From: Patescibacteria group bacterium | GTDB lineage: Bacteria > Patescibacteriota > Minisyncoccia > Phycocordibacterales > UBA9973 | DNA length: 64,000 nucleotides | Direction of reading: 5' to 3' | Assembly: GCA_040390725.1 (NCBI GenBank) | Contig: JAZJXT010000006.1 | Location: 64,367 to 128,366 of the forward strand | Shown: in pieces, positions 18,975 through 29,302 of the stretch | Position numbering within the stretch: the first letter of the stretch is position 1 | Layout of the letters: every line of letters begins with the position of its first letter | Notes under the pieces: model-generated | The model's database searches: none | The model's input: the letters and a program-made list of their open reading frames with translations, nothing else | Told to the model about the DNA's origin: nothing | Program-made: the position numbers and the translations under genes

Positions 18975-19496
18975 AATTATATTATTTATTTTGTAACTTC
19001 CTTATTATCTCATATACAAACCTGTTTTAGTTTATTTTTTCAGTATATAGCTTTAAGCTTACAGAATAAACATTAAAATGCAACATATTTCCTCTCCTAA
19101 AAATTAAAAAATCTTAATACCTACCTTACCATACCCCTAAAACACAAAACTCAATAAAATAAAGGTATTTTACGAACTAGCATGTTAAGAAAAGATAAGG
19201 TTGAAGGTTAGCATACCCAACAATTTTAGATGCTTATTAAATAAAGATTTGTAGAAAAAGGGATGCTAATATTTGCTAACCTTTTCATATTATTTTTAAT
19301 TTATCACTTACTTAGATTTTGTACAAGCAAAAGGGAAAATCCTAAAAATAAAAAAAGCACACTAAAAAACGACCAAATTTGAGCCTTATTTTACAAGGCT
19401 TATTTAGGACGATTTTCGACCTTTGGAGTTATAATGCGTTTTACGGCTCTTGGAATTTTAAAACTGAGAATCATGACCTAGCACTATAATTAGTGC

Positions 19497-19841
19497 TTAA
19501 AACCCATTATGTTTTAAACATTTATCGTATTGAATTTTTGTAGCTTCTTTCGTTTCTGTTTTTTCTGGTGATGGTGGTCTTACCGCTGTATCTTTTTCTA
19601 GCATATAACAACTAAATGAACTTAGGCGACCTTGGCTATCACTACATTCTCCATTACTTAGTTTTATTTTATTTATATCAGCTTGTTCTTTTGTTATACC
19701 AATATCAGCAGGGGTTACTTCTGTAAACCAAGAACAATTCTTTTTTATCATTACTGGACGTAATTGAAACCAATAAAAAAGGAATCCTAAAACCAATACT
19801 ACGATTATTACTATTTCTTTATTTTCTTTTATTTTTTTCAT
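19497..19841 (-). CDS. small secreted/membrane-anchored hypothetical protein
   Basis: 114 aa; N-terminal hydrophobic segment; a hairpin (agcactataattagtgct) lies immediately after the stop. Confidence 0.4.
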   Translation of the reverse strand: MKKIKENKEIVIIVVLVLGFLFYWFQLRPVMIKKNCSWFTEVTPADIGITKEQADINKIKLSNGECSDSQGRLSSFSCYMLEKDTAVRPPSPEKTETKEATKIQYDKCLKHNGF

Positions 19842-19847
19842 ATAATT

Positions 19848-20963
19848 TTATTTAAACCAATTAAAGATTTTTTGATACCATTTTATTTTTCTTACTGGTT
19901 CTGGGTTAACTGGAATTTCTAAAACAGGAGCTACTGAAGGCATATTAAGCGTCGTTATATCTTTTGGTGTAACAAGAAAGTTGCCTGTTGAATTTTTAGA
20001 TGGAATAGAAATCTTTTTAGGTGTGATTTGATTTTGTATTTTTAACTCTACAGGAGCTACTATTGGAATTTGTACGGGTGTTTTTACTTGTGTTGGGTCG
20101 TCAACTGTTAAATTAAATGAGGTACTTCCAATTTCAACATCCTTAACCACGACCCTAGCTTTTAAAATAAAGACACCAACCTTTTTAGGAGTTAGCTTTA
20201 AAGCAAAAGCACCATTGTTGCCGTTAAAGTTTAGAAAACTAAGTTCGATACTTTCTGGTAGGTCATAGAATCTAAGCACTGGGGTCTCCTCAATAGGAGT
20301 ATAATTTATGTTGGCAGAGTAAGAAGTATTTATCATCGCATTTGGTAAATAATAGGTAGAAATTTTTAATGGCTTAGTGCAAGGAGGATTATTATTATCT
20401 GAAGGTAGTGAACTATCCCAGACACTTCCCGAACCGTTATACTTAACACACAAAGCATTGAATCTTATTTGAATACTAGTCTCAGCTCTTTCTGTTTGCT
20501 GTCTAAGGGTATCTTCGTGTTCTTGTAAGCACTGGTTGCGAGAAGTTACCGTAGCATTAAAAAGTTCTATACTTCTACGACATGAATCTAATTTATCTTG
20601 TCCTAACGTTGAAGAAGTATCAAAAGAAGAACCGAGCAAGCCACTTCTAGCACTCATAGCTCTTTGTGTGGCTCTTTGAGCATCAACTTCTTGCTGAACT
20701 CTTGCATAGTCTGATTCAGTTGAGCAAGATAGACCATAAACAATTTGTGGGCAAGAATCGTAAGAGGTAGTACGACATTCGTCAGTATCAGAAAAATAAA
20801 CAGAACTATTTACCCATCCATCATTACATTGAACCTTACCAGTATATGTTGCCCCCACTGAACAGTTAACACCACCATGATATGAACAAGCCCCCGAAGT
20901 TGCGAACACTGAGATAGTTGGAATAATAAAACTAAACAAAACAAATAATATAATTTTTTTCAT
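19848..20963 (-). CDS. secreted Cys-containing hypothetical protein
   Basis: 371 aa; clear signal peptide (MKKIILFVLFSFIIPTISVFA); Cys-rich N-terminal part, Pro/Val-rich C-terminal part. Confidence 0.5.
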   Translation of the reverse strand: MKKIILFVLFSFIIPTISVFATSGACSYHGGVNCSVGATYTGKVQCNDGWVNSSVYFSDTDECRTTSYDSCPQIVYGLSCSTESDYARVQQEVDAQRATQRAMSARSGLLGSSFDTSSTLGQDKLDSCRRSIELFNATVTSRNQCLQEHEDTLRQQTERAETSIQIRFNALCVKYNGSGSVWDSSLPSDNNNPPCTKPLKISTYYLPNAMINTSYSANINYTPIEETPVLRFYDLPESIELSFLNFNGNNGAFALKLTPKKVGVFILKARVVVKDVEIGSTSFNLTVDDPTQVKTPVQIPIVAPVELKIQNQITPKKISIPSKNSTGNFLVTPKDITTLNMPSVAPVLEIPVNPEPVRKIKWYQKIFNWFK

Positions 20964-20988
20964 AAGATTTTTTTAATTGATAAACCTA

Positions 20989-21178
20989 GTGAGTGGGTAG
21001 CAAAAATCCCACTACCAGAGGTGAAGTCTTACGACTTCCATGCAAGTTTCCCTGCACGACGCACGATACGCACCCTGATAATGGGGTTTCTAGTATCGTG
21101 CAATTTTTTCACCATGCCTCTATTTCTAAAGGTTTAGGCTACTGATTAAGTTGTAAATAAAGGATAACATATTTGTAC
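20989..21178. ncRNA. structured GC-richer element 1 plus conserved 30-bp box (candidate ncRNA / replication-origin element)
   Basis: Nested hairpins (gaagtc-ttac-gacttc; gcacgatac-N23-gtatcgtgc followed by a T-run) at 20989-21110, then the box agttgtaaataaaGgataacatatttGtac at 21149-21178; a diverged second copy lies at 21440-21617. Confidence 0.35.
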
Positions 21179-21419
21179 TTTTCTTACTATGCTTACGTAT
21201 TTTTTCTTGAACTAAGAAGTGTAATTTTAATGCCGTAGAAAAGTAATATAAATATGGATTAGCGGTGACAAAATTGTATTCTGATTCAGTTATTTTTAAA
21301 ATTGTATTATCAACACAGTAAAAATATCTTTTCTTATGTTGAATAACTACTGCAACATATTGGAAAACTTCAACAACATTACTTTCAACAAGACTAATAT
21401 TTAATTTTGTTATTTCCAT
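21126..21419 (-). CDS. hypothetical small protein (doubtful ORF)
   Basis: 97-aa ORF that overlaps the repeat box; may be spurious. Confidence 0.2.
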   Translation of the reverse strand: MEITKLNISLVESNVVEVFQYVAVVIQHKKRYFYCVDNTILKITESEYNFVTANPYLYYFSTALKLHFLVQEKIRKHSKKSTNMLSFIYNLISSLNL

Positions 21420-21439
21420 AACTTTATTTAATTAATAAT

Positions 21440-21617
21440 AAAAAAACCCTTTCCGAATACGAAGAAAGAGTTTACGACTATATATCTTTCCCCGTATGGG
21501 GCTGAATTTAGCACCGTTGCCTTTTGGCTGGTTGCTGGTAGGTCATAGAGTCAGTACTCTCGCTACACTCTCGATAATTCCCTATTTAGTTGTAAATAAA
21601 TGATAACATATTTACAA
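21440..21617. ncRNA. structured element 2 plus conserved 30-bp box (second copy)
   Basis: Shares ttacgact and cc(c)gtatgggg hairpin features with element 1; box agttgtaaataaaTgataacatatttAcaa at 21588-21617, 439 bp from the first box. Confidence 0.3.
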
Positions 21618-21944
21618 TTCCCTAGCCACATTTGCCAATAGTTAAATATAAGTAAAATGTTGTTTAAATTGAGTTTTTTGTCCACATTTTAATAACATAT
21701 TTGCCCACTTTTTAATTTTGAGAGTTTTTTTAGTGTGCTATAATAAAAGCACAACTGACAAGAAATTGTCAAAAATATAGTAGATATAAATTATCTTTTT
21801 TCGTTATAGTTTTGAAGTAAGTTTTTTTCTGAAATAAAACCAAAAACGAATCACAAGAAACTTTCGCGGTCAGCGAAAAGGCTATTAAAAGTTGCAAATT
21901 TTACGAGAAGCACTGAAGCAAGATTTTTAAAATAAGAAAAATAA

Positions 21945-22505
21945 ATGAATGAATTAGAAAAAAAAGAAAAAGGAAAGGGTTGGTTTAGGGTAGAAAATAT
22001 CTTTATTGATAAGTACGCAGAAATAATTGGCTACACCGCTTCAATCATTTATATATGTATCAGAAGACACGAGTATTTAAACAAAAAAGTTGCTTTTCCG
22101 TCAGAAGAATTTATTGCAAAAAAACTTGGCATGAACACAAGGACAGTTATTAGACACCTAAAAATATTAAAAGCTCACAATTTAATAATCGTAAAAAAAT
22201 TAAAACACAATGGGAAGCACTATAATAATACATATTTATTGACTCCAGCAAATGAATGGTTGATTAAACCAGGAGAATTTACGCAATCCCCTTACGTGAC
22301 AAATAATACTCCTACACCTGACAAAAAAGACATAGACCAAGTGACAGAAAGTCACAGTAATAAGACTAATATAAAGAAGACTAATATAAAAAGTGATTCT
22401 TTAAAAGAATCAGGAGAAGATACAGAAAAAGTCTCTAGTAATTTCTTAAAAGCAATAAATGCACATAGAAAAAAACTTAATATTCAGCCTGCCATCCCCG
22501 CATGA
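21945..22505 (+). CDS. winged-helix DNA-binding protein, putative replication initiator/regulator of the integrated element
   Basis: 186 aa; N-terminal FPSEEFIAKKLGMNTRTVIRHLKILKAHNLI has a wHTH appearance similar to phage/plasmid replication initiator N-domains; Lys-rich tail. Confidence 0.45.
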   Translation: MNELEKKEKGKGWFRVENIFIDKYAEIIGYTASIIYICIRRHEYLNKKVAFPSEEFIAKKLGMNTRTVIRHLKILKAHNLIIVKKLKHNGKHYNNTYLLTPANEWLIKPGEFTQSPYVTNNTPTPDKKDIDQVTESHSNKTNIKKTNIKSDSLKESGEDTEKVSSNFLKAINAHRKKLNIQPAIPA

Positions 22506-22687
22506 GTACTTTAGCCGAAACATTACTAAACCTAAGTCCCGAAGAAAAACGCAACTTTGTTGGATTCTTTGAGCTACTTTTAAAGGTCGATAAAAGAGTG
22601 AACCCTCACCTGTACCCTATAAAATCTCTAGTGCTGAGTAACCCACTTTTGTGGCAAGATGCCGACTTGCAATGTAAAGTAGTGTAA
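22502..22687 (+). CDS. small hypothetical protein
   Basis: 61 aa; start overlaps the preceding stop (ATGA coupling). Confidence 0.3.
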   Translation: MSTLAETLLNLSPEEKRNFVGFFELLLKVDKRVNPHLYPIKSLVLSNPLLWQDADLQCKVV

Positions 22688-22705
22688 AGTATACTTAATT
22701 TATAT

Positions 22706-22882
22706 ATGAAAAATAAACCTTTCTACAAAGCAGAAGACCTCGCAAAAATGTTAGAAGTAAACATAATGACAATTTACCGTTACATAAAAGCAGGTCGCTT
22801 GAAAGCGTACAAAATCGGTCGTGATTTTAGAATTGATAAAAAAGAGTTTAATAAGTTTTTAGAAAAAGTTAAGACTAAATAA
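22706..22882 (+). CDS. excisionase-family HTH DNA-binding protein
   Basis: 58-aa ORF, below the track cutoff: MKNKPFYKAEDLAKMLEVNIMTIYRYIKAGRLKAYKIGRDFRIDKKEFNKFLEKVKTK, the typical excisionase/MerR-like HTH; ends 2 bp before the recombinase start. Confidence 0.65.
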   Translation: MKNKPFYKAEDLAKMLEVNIMTIYRYIKAGRLKAYKIGRDFRIDKKEFNKFLEKVKTK

Positions 22883-22884
22883 AT

Positions 22885-24399
22885 ATGAAAGCTATAATTC
22901 TTGCAAGAGTATCAACAGAAGAACAAAAAGAAGCGGGTAATTCCCTGCCTGCTCAAGTTGCTCGTATAGAAAGTTATTGTAAAAAAAATAACTTTACAGT
23001 TATTGACACCTATAGTTTCGATGAAAGTGCCTACAAAGAAAAACGAGACGAATTTGATAAAATTCTATCAAAGATAAACGAACAAAAGGAAAAAATTGCA
23101 ATTTGTTTTGATAAAGTTGATAGATTCTCTAGAAATGTTTTTGACCAGAGAGTATCAGCCCTATACGAATTAGCAATGAAAGATGAAGTAGAACTACACT
23201 TTGTCTCAGACAACTTAATTATCACTCCAAATATTTCCGCAACGGAGAAATTTCACTTTGGGATAAATTTAGGTCTTGCTAAATATTATTCTGATGCTAT
23301 TAGTGATAGCGTAAAGCGTACTTACGAAAAAATGAGAAGAAATGGTGTTTATCCAAGCAAGCCACCACTGGGATATGTTCGGTCAAAAGATGCTTATGGT
23401 AAAAGCACAATTATTCTCGACCTTGAACGCTCTCACATAGTTACTAAAATGTTTGAATTATATGCTACTGGAAACTACTCGATTGAAACTTTACGCCAAG
23501 AAGTAATAAAAATGGGATTAAAGAGTTACGGTGGTCTTCTTCCTCCAAAAAGTTGTATTGATAATATGATTAGAAATTCTTTTTATTATGGAATTGTTAC
23601 ATCAAAAAAATATCCTCCGTACGCACACAAATATCAAACTATAACCACTAAAGAAATTTTTGATAAATGCCAAGAAGTTAGAGAAAAAAAACGAACCAGC
23701 CGACCAAAATTTCTTTCGAAAGACTTTATTTTTAAAGGCTTACTTACTTGTAAAAATTGCAACTGCCTACTAACCCCAGAAATGCACCAGAAAAAAAGCG
23801 GGCTGGTTTTTATCTACTACTCTTGCAAAAACACAAAAGGAATATGTAAGCGTTTTTATATACCAGAAAAAAAATTACTAGAACCAATTATTAAAGACTT
23901 GGAACTTTTTGAAAAAATACCCGAAGAAGCACAAGAATATCTTGTAAAAGAATTAAGACAAGCAACAGAATCAGAAGTTGTCTTTCATAAAAACCAAGTC
24001 AGTCGCATAAGAGCCGAATACGACAGGGTTAAGCAGAGAGACGATAATCTGCTTGAAATCTTCTTAGACAAAAGTATTGATAAGGATACTTACGATAAAA
24101 AGCATCAAGAATATCAGGACAAACTCCAGCTTTTAGGTATTGAGAGCGAAGAACACACAAGAGCTGATTTTGATTATCAAACTACCGTTGCCACAATCTT
24201 TTCTATATCACGTAGAGCAAAAAGTATTTTTGAAAGTTCTGACGCTCACGAAAAAAGAGCATTTTTAAATTACTTAATTCAGAACCCGACTGTAAGTGAA
24301 AAAAACCTAGTATATACACTACGTTCTCCATATAATCTACTGCTAGAAATGACTGGTCGTCCTTCTTGGGGTGACTACTGGGAGTTGAACCCAGACTAA
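22885..24399 (+). CDS. large serine recombinase (integrase)
   Basis: 504 aa; resolvase/invertase N-terminal catalytic domain (AIILARVSTEEQKEAGNSLPAQ, catalytic Ser), recombinase domain and a zinc-ribbon (CKNCNC...CKNTKGIC); the 3' end overlaps tRNA-His. Confidence 0.9.
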   Translation: MKAIILARVSTEEQKEAGNSLPAQVARIESYCKKNNFTVIDTYSFDESAYKEKRDEFDKILSKINEQKEKIAICFDKVDRFSRNVFDQRVSALYELAMKDEVELHFVSDNLIITPNISATEKFHFGINLGLAKYYSDAISDSVKRTYEKMRRNGVYPSKPPLGYVRSKDAYGKSTIILDLERSHIVTKMFELYATGNYSIETLRQEVIKMGLKSYGGLLPPKSCIDNMIRNSFYYGIVTSKKYPPYAHKYQTITTKEIFDKCQEVREKKRTSRPKFLSKDFIFKGLLTCKNCNCLLTPEMHQKKSGLVFIYYSCKNTKGICKRFYIPEKKLLEPIIKDLELFEKIPEEAQEYLVKELRQATESEVVFHKNQVSRIRAEYDRVKQRDDNLLEIFLDKSIDKDTYDKKHQEYQDKLQLLGIESEEHTRADFDYQTTVATIFSISRRAKSIFESSDAHEKRAFLNYLIQNPTVSEKNLVYTLRSPYNLLLEMTGRPSWGDYWELNPD

Positions 24400-24441
24400 G
24401 AGCTCCACAAGCTCGTGTGCTACCGCTACACCATAGCCACC
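24367..24441 (-). tRNA. tRNA-His (GTG)
   Basis: Manual fold: G-1 paired with C73, acceptor GTGGCTA/TAGTCAC, D-arm with GG, anticodon loop TTGTGGA (anticodon GTG), T-arm CTGGG-TTCAACT-CCCAG, encoded CCA. Confidence 0.8.
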
Positions 24442-24488
24442 ATGTATATCTTACCTTTCAATAAGACTAGTTATTTATAGCATATAAG

Positions 24489-26795
24489 TTAACTTTTGAA
24501 AATATGTGCTGGGTGAACTGGTTTATTGTATAGATTTCTACGACGCATAAAATATTTTGCAATTTCATTGACACACATATAAATAACTAGAATTCCAAGC
24601 AGGGTCATGATTTCTGAAAACGAAAGTGGTTCAAATTTAAATACTTTTGCGAGTCCTCCCGTATAAACGAAAACAAAAGGCAAAATTGCTGAAACAAGAA
24701 TCCCTAATGCAAGAGGCACAGAAAGCGCAGGAGATTTAAATAATGAACGTGAAGAACGAATAGACAATACAAGGGCAAGCTCTGCTAAAACTGAAAGGAT
24801 AAACCAACCTGTTTGAAAACTCGCGACGTCATGACTTTTATATATTTGAAAATAAATAAAATCAAAGACACTCGATAACATTCCAAAAATAAAAACTCTT
24901 TTCATAATCTTGTTCGGCTCATAGTGTGGCACGTGTCGTAAAGCATAATCATCTATATTATCGGTAACGATGAGCATCAAAGGCAAATCTGTTAAAAGAT
25001 TATTTAAAAGAATTTGCACTGGTAACATTGGAAGTTCTTTATAAAAAAATGAAGCGACGAGAAGAGAGAAAAATGTGCCGGCATTACCGGAAAGCGTATA
25101 CATAATATATGTCAGGATATTCCTAAATGCTTTTCTTCCCATCGAAACACCGGTCAAAATCGGGCTCAAATCTTTTTCAAGTAAAATAACGTCAGCGGAT
25201 TCTTTGGCAATATCAGCTGCATTGTCCACTGCCATTCCTATGTCCGCGCGTTTTAATGCAAGCGCGTCATTTATGCCATCACCTAAAAATGCAACCGGAC
25301 CTAATTTAATATATCTATCTATTAATTCCAATTTATTTTCCGGCGTACATTTCGCAAACACAACAGCGCGACGAAGCTGTTTGTCGGAAAGATCTGCGAC
25401 TTTTACATCCTCAAAAGAAATAACATTATCTGAAGTTTTTATTAATCCCAATTCTTCAGCGACGTTTACGGCGACTGCCTTGGAATCCCCGGTTAAAATT
25501 TTCACACCTATACCACGCTCATGCGCGATGCGTAACGATTCTGAAGCGCTAGATTTGATAGGGTCATCAAAAGCAACATATCCGGAAAAATTCCATTCAC
25601 CTGCGCGCCCTTCAGCTATAGCAATAACTCTCATTCCCTTTTTTTCATATTCTAATGCGGACTTTTTTATTGATTCTTTTATGTTTTTACAAAGAGCAAA
25701 AACTTTTAAACTTTGTCCGCGGGCTACCTTGTCACCTCCTTCTAAAATATATGAAGAATAGCCGACACTACTTTTAAACGGTTCAAAACTTTTTATTTTT
25801 CTGGCGCTAGTTTTTATTTTCCCTATTGAAGAATTCAACGCATTATCAAATGCTTCATCCATCGGCGTCCTTTCGTATTCTCCTTCTGAAATAGCATTTG
25901 AGGCCTCCCAAAAATTATTTACATCATTCACAGTGGAAACTTTTAATTTATTTTCTGTTATTGTGCCTGTTTTATCTGTAAGTAAAAACTGTACAGAGCC
26001 AAGACCCTGGAGAGACGACAATCTTTTAACGATAACTTTATTTTTAGAAAGCAAAAGAGATTCACGAGTTAAAATCAAAGTAATAATGAGTGGAAGCATT
26101 TCCGGCACCACACCGACGAGCATCGCAATAGCAAAAATAAAAAATTGCACGAGCTCATATTTATGCATTACAAAAACAAGAAAGATCATCGCAATGAGCA
26201 ATGTGATAATAGAAATTATAAAAATATATTTCACGACTTTTTCCGTGAAGACTGCAAAACTACTATATTTTTTTACCGATTCCAATTTTGCTCTATATTT
26301 TGAAAGTGAAGATTGATCACCGAGAGCTATCACTCGCCCGACTATTTTCCCGCCCGCGACTATCGCTCCGGCGTAAAGTTTTTCACCCATATTTATTTCT
26401 TTCGGCTCTGTCTCACCTGTACGTACTGAATCATCAATAAAAGCACTTTCAGATTCTACAACTTCCACATCTACTGGTGCCACTGACCCTGCCACAAAAT
26501 GCACAATATCCCCGAGCACCAACTCACTCGCTAAAATTTGTACTAATTTTCCTTTTCGAAAAACATAAACTTTCGACTGCACAAGATGCAGTAATTTCTC
26601 TGATGCTTTTGATGCTTTGAATTCTTGGTAAAAACCCATCACAATATTTGCAAACATTATTGCGAAAATAATTATACCGTCATTTTTGTCTCCCAAATAA
26701 ATAGAAAGTATCCCGGAAATTGCAAGCAACACAAAAAACAACGAAGCCACCTGGCTCCACAAAACATTCAAAGCTAATTTAATATCTTCCTGCAC
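24489..26795 (-). CDS. cation-transporting P-type ATPase (MgtA-like PEMLP motif)
   Basis: 768 aa; DKTGTITEN, TGDSKAVA, GDGINDALALKRADIGMAV; M4 motif PEMLPLI. Confidence 0.85.
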   Translation of the reverse strand: MQEDIKLALNVLWSQVASLFFVLLAISGILSIYLGDKNDGIIIFAIMFANIVMGFYQEFKASKASEKLLHLVQSKVYVFRKGKLVQILASELVLGDIVHFVAGSVAPVDVEVVESESAFIDDSVRTGETEPKEINMGEKLYAGAIVAGGKIVGRVIALGDQSSLSKYRAKLESVKKYSSFAVFTEKVVKYIFIISIITLLIAMIFLVFVMHKYELVQFFIFAIAMLVGVVPEMLPLIITLILTRESLLLSKNKVIVKRLSSLQGLGSVQFLLTDKTGTITENKLKVSTVNDVNNFWEASNAISEGEYERTPMDEAFDNALNSSIGKIKTSARKIKSFEPFKSSVGYSSYILEGGDKVARGQSLKVFALCKNIKESIKKSALEYEKKGMRVIAIAEGRAGEWNFSGYVAFDDPIKSSASESLRIAHERGIGVKILTGDSKAVAVNVAEELGLIKTSDNVISFEDVKVADLSDKQLRRAVVFAKCTPENKLELIDRYIKLGPVAFLGDGINDALALKRADIGMAVDNAADIAKESADVILLEKDLSPILTGVSMGRKAFRNILTYIMYTLSGNAGTFFSLLVASFFYKELPMLPVQILLNNLLTDLPLMLIVTDNIDDYALRHVPHYEPNKIMKRVFIFGMLSSVFDFIYFQIYKSHDVASFQTGWFILSVLAELALVLSIRSSRSLFKSPALSVPLALGILVSAILPFVFVYTGGLAKVFKFEPLSFSEIMTLLGILVIYMCVNEIAKYFMRRRNLYNKPVHPAHIFKS

Positions 26796-26840
26796 ATATA
26801 TATGATAGCATATTAACTTTTAAAGTTTTATAATATAAAT

Positions 26841-28754
26841 ATGCCGAAACATCTAATACGCAAACTCCATAAGCATTTAAAGCATAAGTACCGCCAAAAA
26901 AGGATGCGCTGGATTCCTGAAACCAAACATGGAGAGCCTGTACCTATTTTTATTAGGATTGGTCTATTGATCTTTGGTTGGGGTCTTATATTATTACCTA
27001 TATTCTTAGGTATATGGCTTATCGGATCTTACGAAATAAAATACAGTTACAGATTTTACCCCGGTATTTTAGTAGGAGGTGAATCAGTCGGAGGCATGAC
27101 GTACGACGAAGCATTAAACCACTTCAAAGAAAAAGCCGATGAATTAAGAAAAGAAGGACTAAATCTAAGACTGGAAAGCTCAAAAGGAATACAGCAAATA
27201 AATATCCCTATGTTAGCTACTGGGCTCACCTCTGATAATTATACAGAATATTTTTCAATTGATAATTGGGAAGATAATTTACGACAAGCTTACCAATGGG
27301 GGCATGGAATCAATATACTCGATGACATAAGAGAGCAAAGCGTATTGATATTCGGAAACAAAAATTTCAACTTTCCAGCCACTACACAAAGAGAAGCTGT
27401 AAAATCCCTGCTCGACAATGAGATAAGTGGTTCCTTTGAGACAGGTATACCGGCAAAATTTTTATCAACAAAAAATGATATATCCATATCAGAAGAAAAA
27501 ACCGGAGAGATTATAAACAAAGAAGAAATAATAAATATTTTAGAAAATAAATTATCTTCATTTGATTCAGCTCCGGCTATTTTCAAAACAACCATAGATA
27601 TTCCAAAAGTTACAAAAGCTGACCTAGAACCATTTTTGGATTTTGCAAAAAGTTTTTCAAAAAATGGTAGTTTAGTATTTCAATATCAAAAACATGAATG
27701 GAAAATAAAGGGACCGAAAATTGCTAATTGGCTCACTATAAAAAAAGAAAATGGTAAAGAAAATAAAATAAATATAGAAAGAAGTATGGTGGAAAATTAT
27801 CTAGCAGATACCGTCGCTCAATTTATAGACAATCCCCCGCAAAATAGCCGTTTTGAAATGCGAAATGGAAAATTAGTCGAAATAACTGCGGGATTTTCAG
27901 GAAACATTATAAATGCAGATAAAGCTATGCAAGATATAGAAAATAAAATTTCCGAAGCAGAAATAAATATTAATAATACAAATAACACGATATATCTACC
28001 GATTGAGACAATACAAGTCGAACCGAAAGTCACAAAAGACACCATTGAAAAATATAAAATAAAAGATTTGGTCGGAAAAATACGCACCAATTTTACGGGT
28101 AGCACGGCCGGCCGTGAACATAATATAAAAATAGGAGTCTCTGCTGTGAATGGTGTACTCATCGCTCCGGGTGAAGAATTTTCAACTGTGTCCGCTATCG
28201 GCCCGGTAACTTCCAAAGAAGGTTATGTAAAAGAATTAGTAATCAAACAAGACAAAACAACTAAAGAGTATGGTGGAGGATTATGCCAAGTCGCCACTTC
28301 TATTTTTCGTTTGGCTCTAAATGCGGGACTGCCCGTCACCGAAAGGCAAAATCACCGTTTCGTCATCCATTACTATGAACCTGGACTCGATGCCACTATA
28401 TATGGACCCCATCCGGATTTTCGTTTTGTAAATGATACTGGGCACTATCTCCTATTGCAGGGCAGAGTGGAAAATAAAGAAGTCATAATGGAACTTTATG
28501 GACAAAAAGATGGGCGTTCTGTAAAAATCTCAAAACCGAATTTATATAATAAAATTCCGGCACCACCGACAAAATATATTCAAACAGCAGAGCTCCCTAT
28601 CGGTGAAACAAAGTGTTCCGAGACTCCGCATGACGGCGTCAGCGCCAGTGTTTTATATGATGTAAATTATCCAAATGGAATAACTAAAAGTAAAATTTTT
28701 AGAAGTGTGTATCAGCCTTGGCAAAAAGTCTGTCTTGTGGGTACGGCCTTATAA
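26841..28754 (+). CDS. VanW-family protein, membrane anchored
   Basis: 637 aa; N-terminal TM; C-terminal YGGGLCQVATSIFRLALNAGLPVTERQNHRF...YYEPGLDATIY matches the VanW domain. Confidence 0.6.
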   Translation: MPKHLIRKLHKHLKHKYRQKRMRWIPETKHGEPVPIFIRIGLLIFGWGLILLPIFLGIWLIGSYEIKYSYRFYPGILVGGESVGGMTYDEALNHFKEKADELRKEGLNLRLESSKGIQQINIPMLATGLTSDNYTEYFSIDNWEDNLRQAYQWGHGINILDDIREQSVLIFGNKNFNFPATTQREAVKSLLDNEISGSFETGIPAKFLSTKNDISISEEKTGEIINKEEIINILENKLSSFDSAPAIFKTTIDIPKVTKADLEPFLDFAKSFSKNGSLVFQYQKHEWKIKGPKIANWLTIKKENGKENKINIERSMVENYLADTVAQFIDNPPQNSRFEMRNGKLVEITAGFSGNIINADKAMQDIENKISEAEININNTNNTIYLPIETIQVEPKVTKDTIEKYKIKDLVGKIRTNFTGSTAGREHNIKIGVSAVNGVLIAPGEEFSTVSAIGPVTSKEGYVKELVIKQDKTTKEYGGGLCQVATSIFRLALNAGLPVTERQNHRFVIHYYEPGLDATIYGPHPDFRFVNDTGHYLLLQGRVENKEVIMELYGQKDGRSVKISKPNLYNKIPAPPTKYIQTAELPIGETKCSETPHDGVSASVLYDVNYPNGITKSKIFRSVYQPWQKVCLVGTAL

Positions 28755-29262
28755 CTATTATTTTTCTTTTCCAGCCGGACATAAATTGGGAGATGGAAAC
28801 TTTTCTAATGCCATCATGTTTACCAGGATCATTATAGTAAATTAAACTATCGTCAAAACCAGTAATGACAATGAGGTGCCCGAAGGAACTTTTCGGATCA
28901 AAACTTCTATGTATCGATGCTATGACCGGACCTTCTTTTACAATATTTTGAAATTGATTAAAGGCGTTTTCTTTGTTGTATTCTGATAAATCAAAAGTCA
29001 TACCTGTCATTCCATGCTTCACAGCCAGGCCAGCCAAGCCTTCATGGCTCCAGCCTACATTTTTTACATAAGCCCCGCTAGAAATTCCCTCCTTTAGCAC
29101 TTCATTTACCGAAGTTGTGTGCGGTTTATAATATTCCACTATCATTGCCACATCTGCCACTCCGCAACCTTTTTGCTTCCATTCCACAGACGAAATATCA
29201 GCGATTTGCGAATATAAAGGCACATTATATGGCATATTTGGCGGTGTCATTATTGGTATCAT
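28699..29262 (-). CDS. papain-like / C39-family cysteine peptidase domain protein
   Basis: 187 aa; KGCGVADVAMIVEYY (catalytic Cys) and GHLIVITGFDD (His) resemble C39-like peptidases. Confidence 0.5.
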   Translation of the reverse strand: MIPIMTPPNMPYNVPLYSQIADISSVEWKQKGCGVADVAMIVEYYKPHTTSVNEVLKEGISSGAYVKNVGWSHEGLAGLAVKHGMTGMTFDLSEYNKENAFNQFQNIVKEGPVIASIHRSFDPKSSFGHLIVITGFDDSLIYYNDPGKHDGIRKVSISQFMSGWKRKIIVIRPYPQDRLFAKADTHF

Positions 29263-29302
29263 ATACCCACAATGCTAACATATCTATGCTAAAAGTCAAT
29301 GT

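Noticed and set aside
25075-25761. 228-aa plus-strand ORF inside the P-type ATPase gene
   Set aside because: Entirely antisense to a gene with strong P-type ATPase motifs; Ser/Pro/Ala-rich translation typical of an antisense frame.
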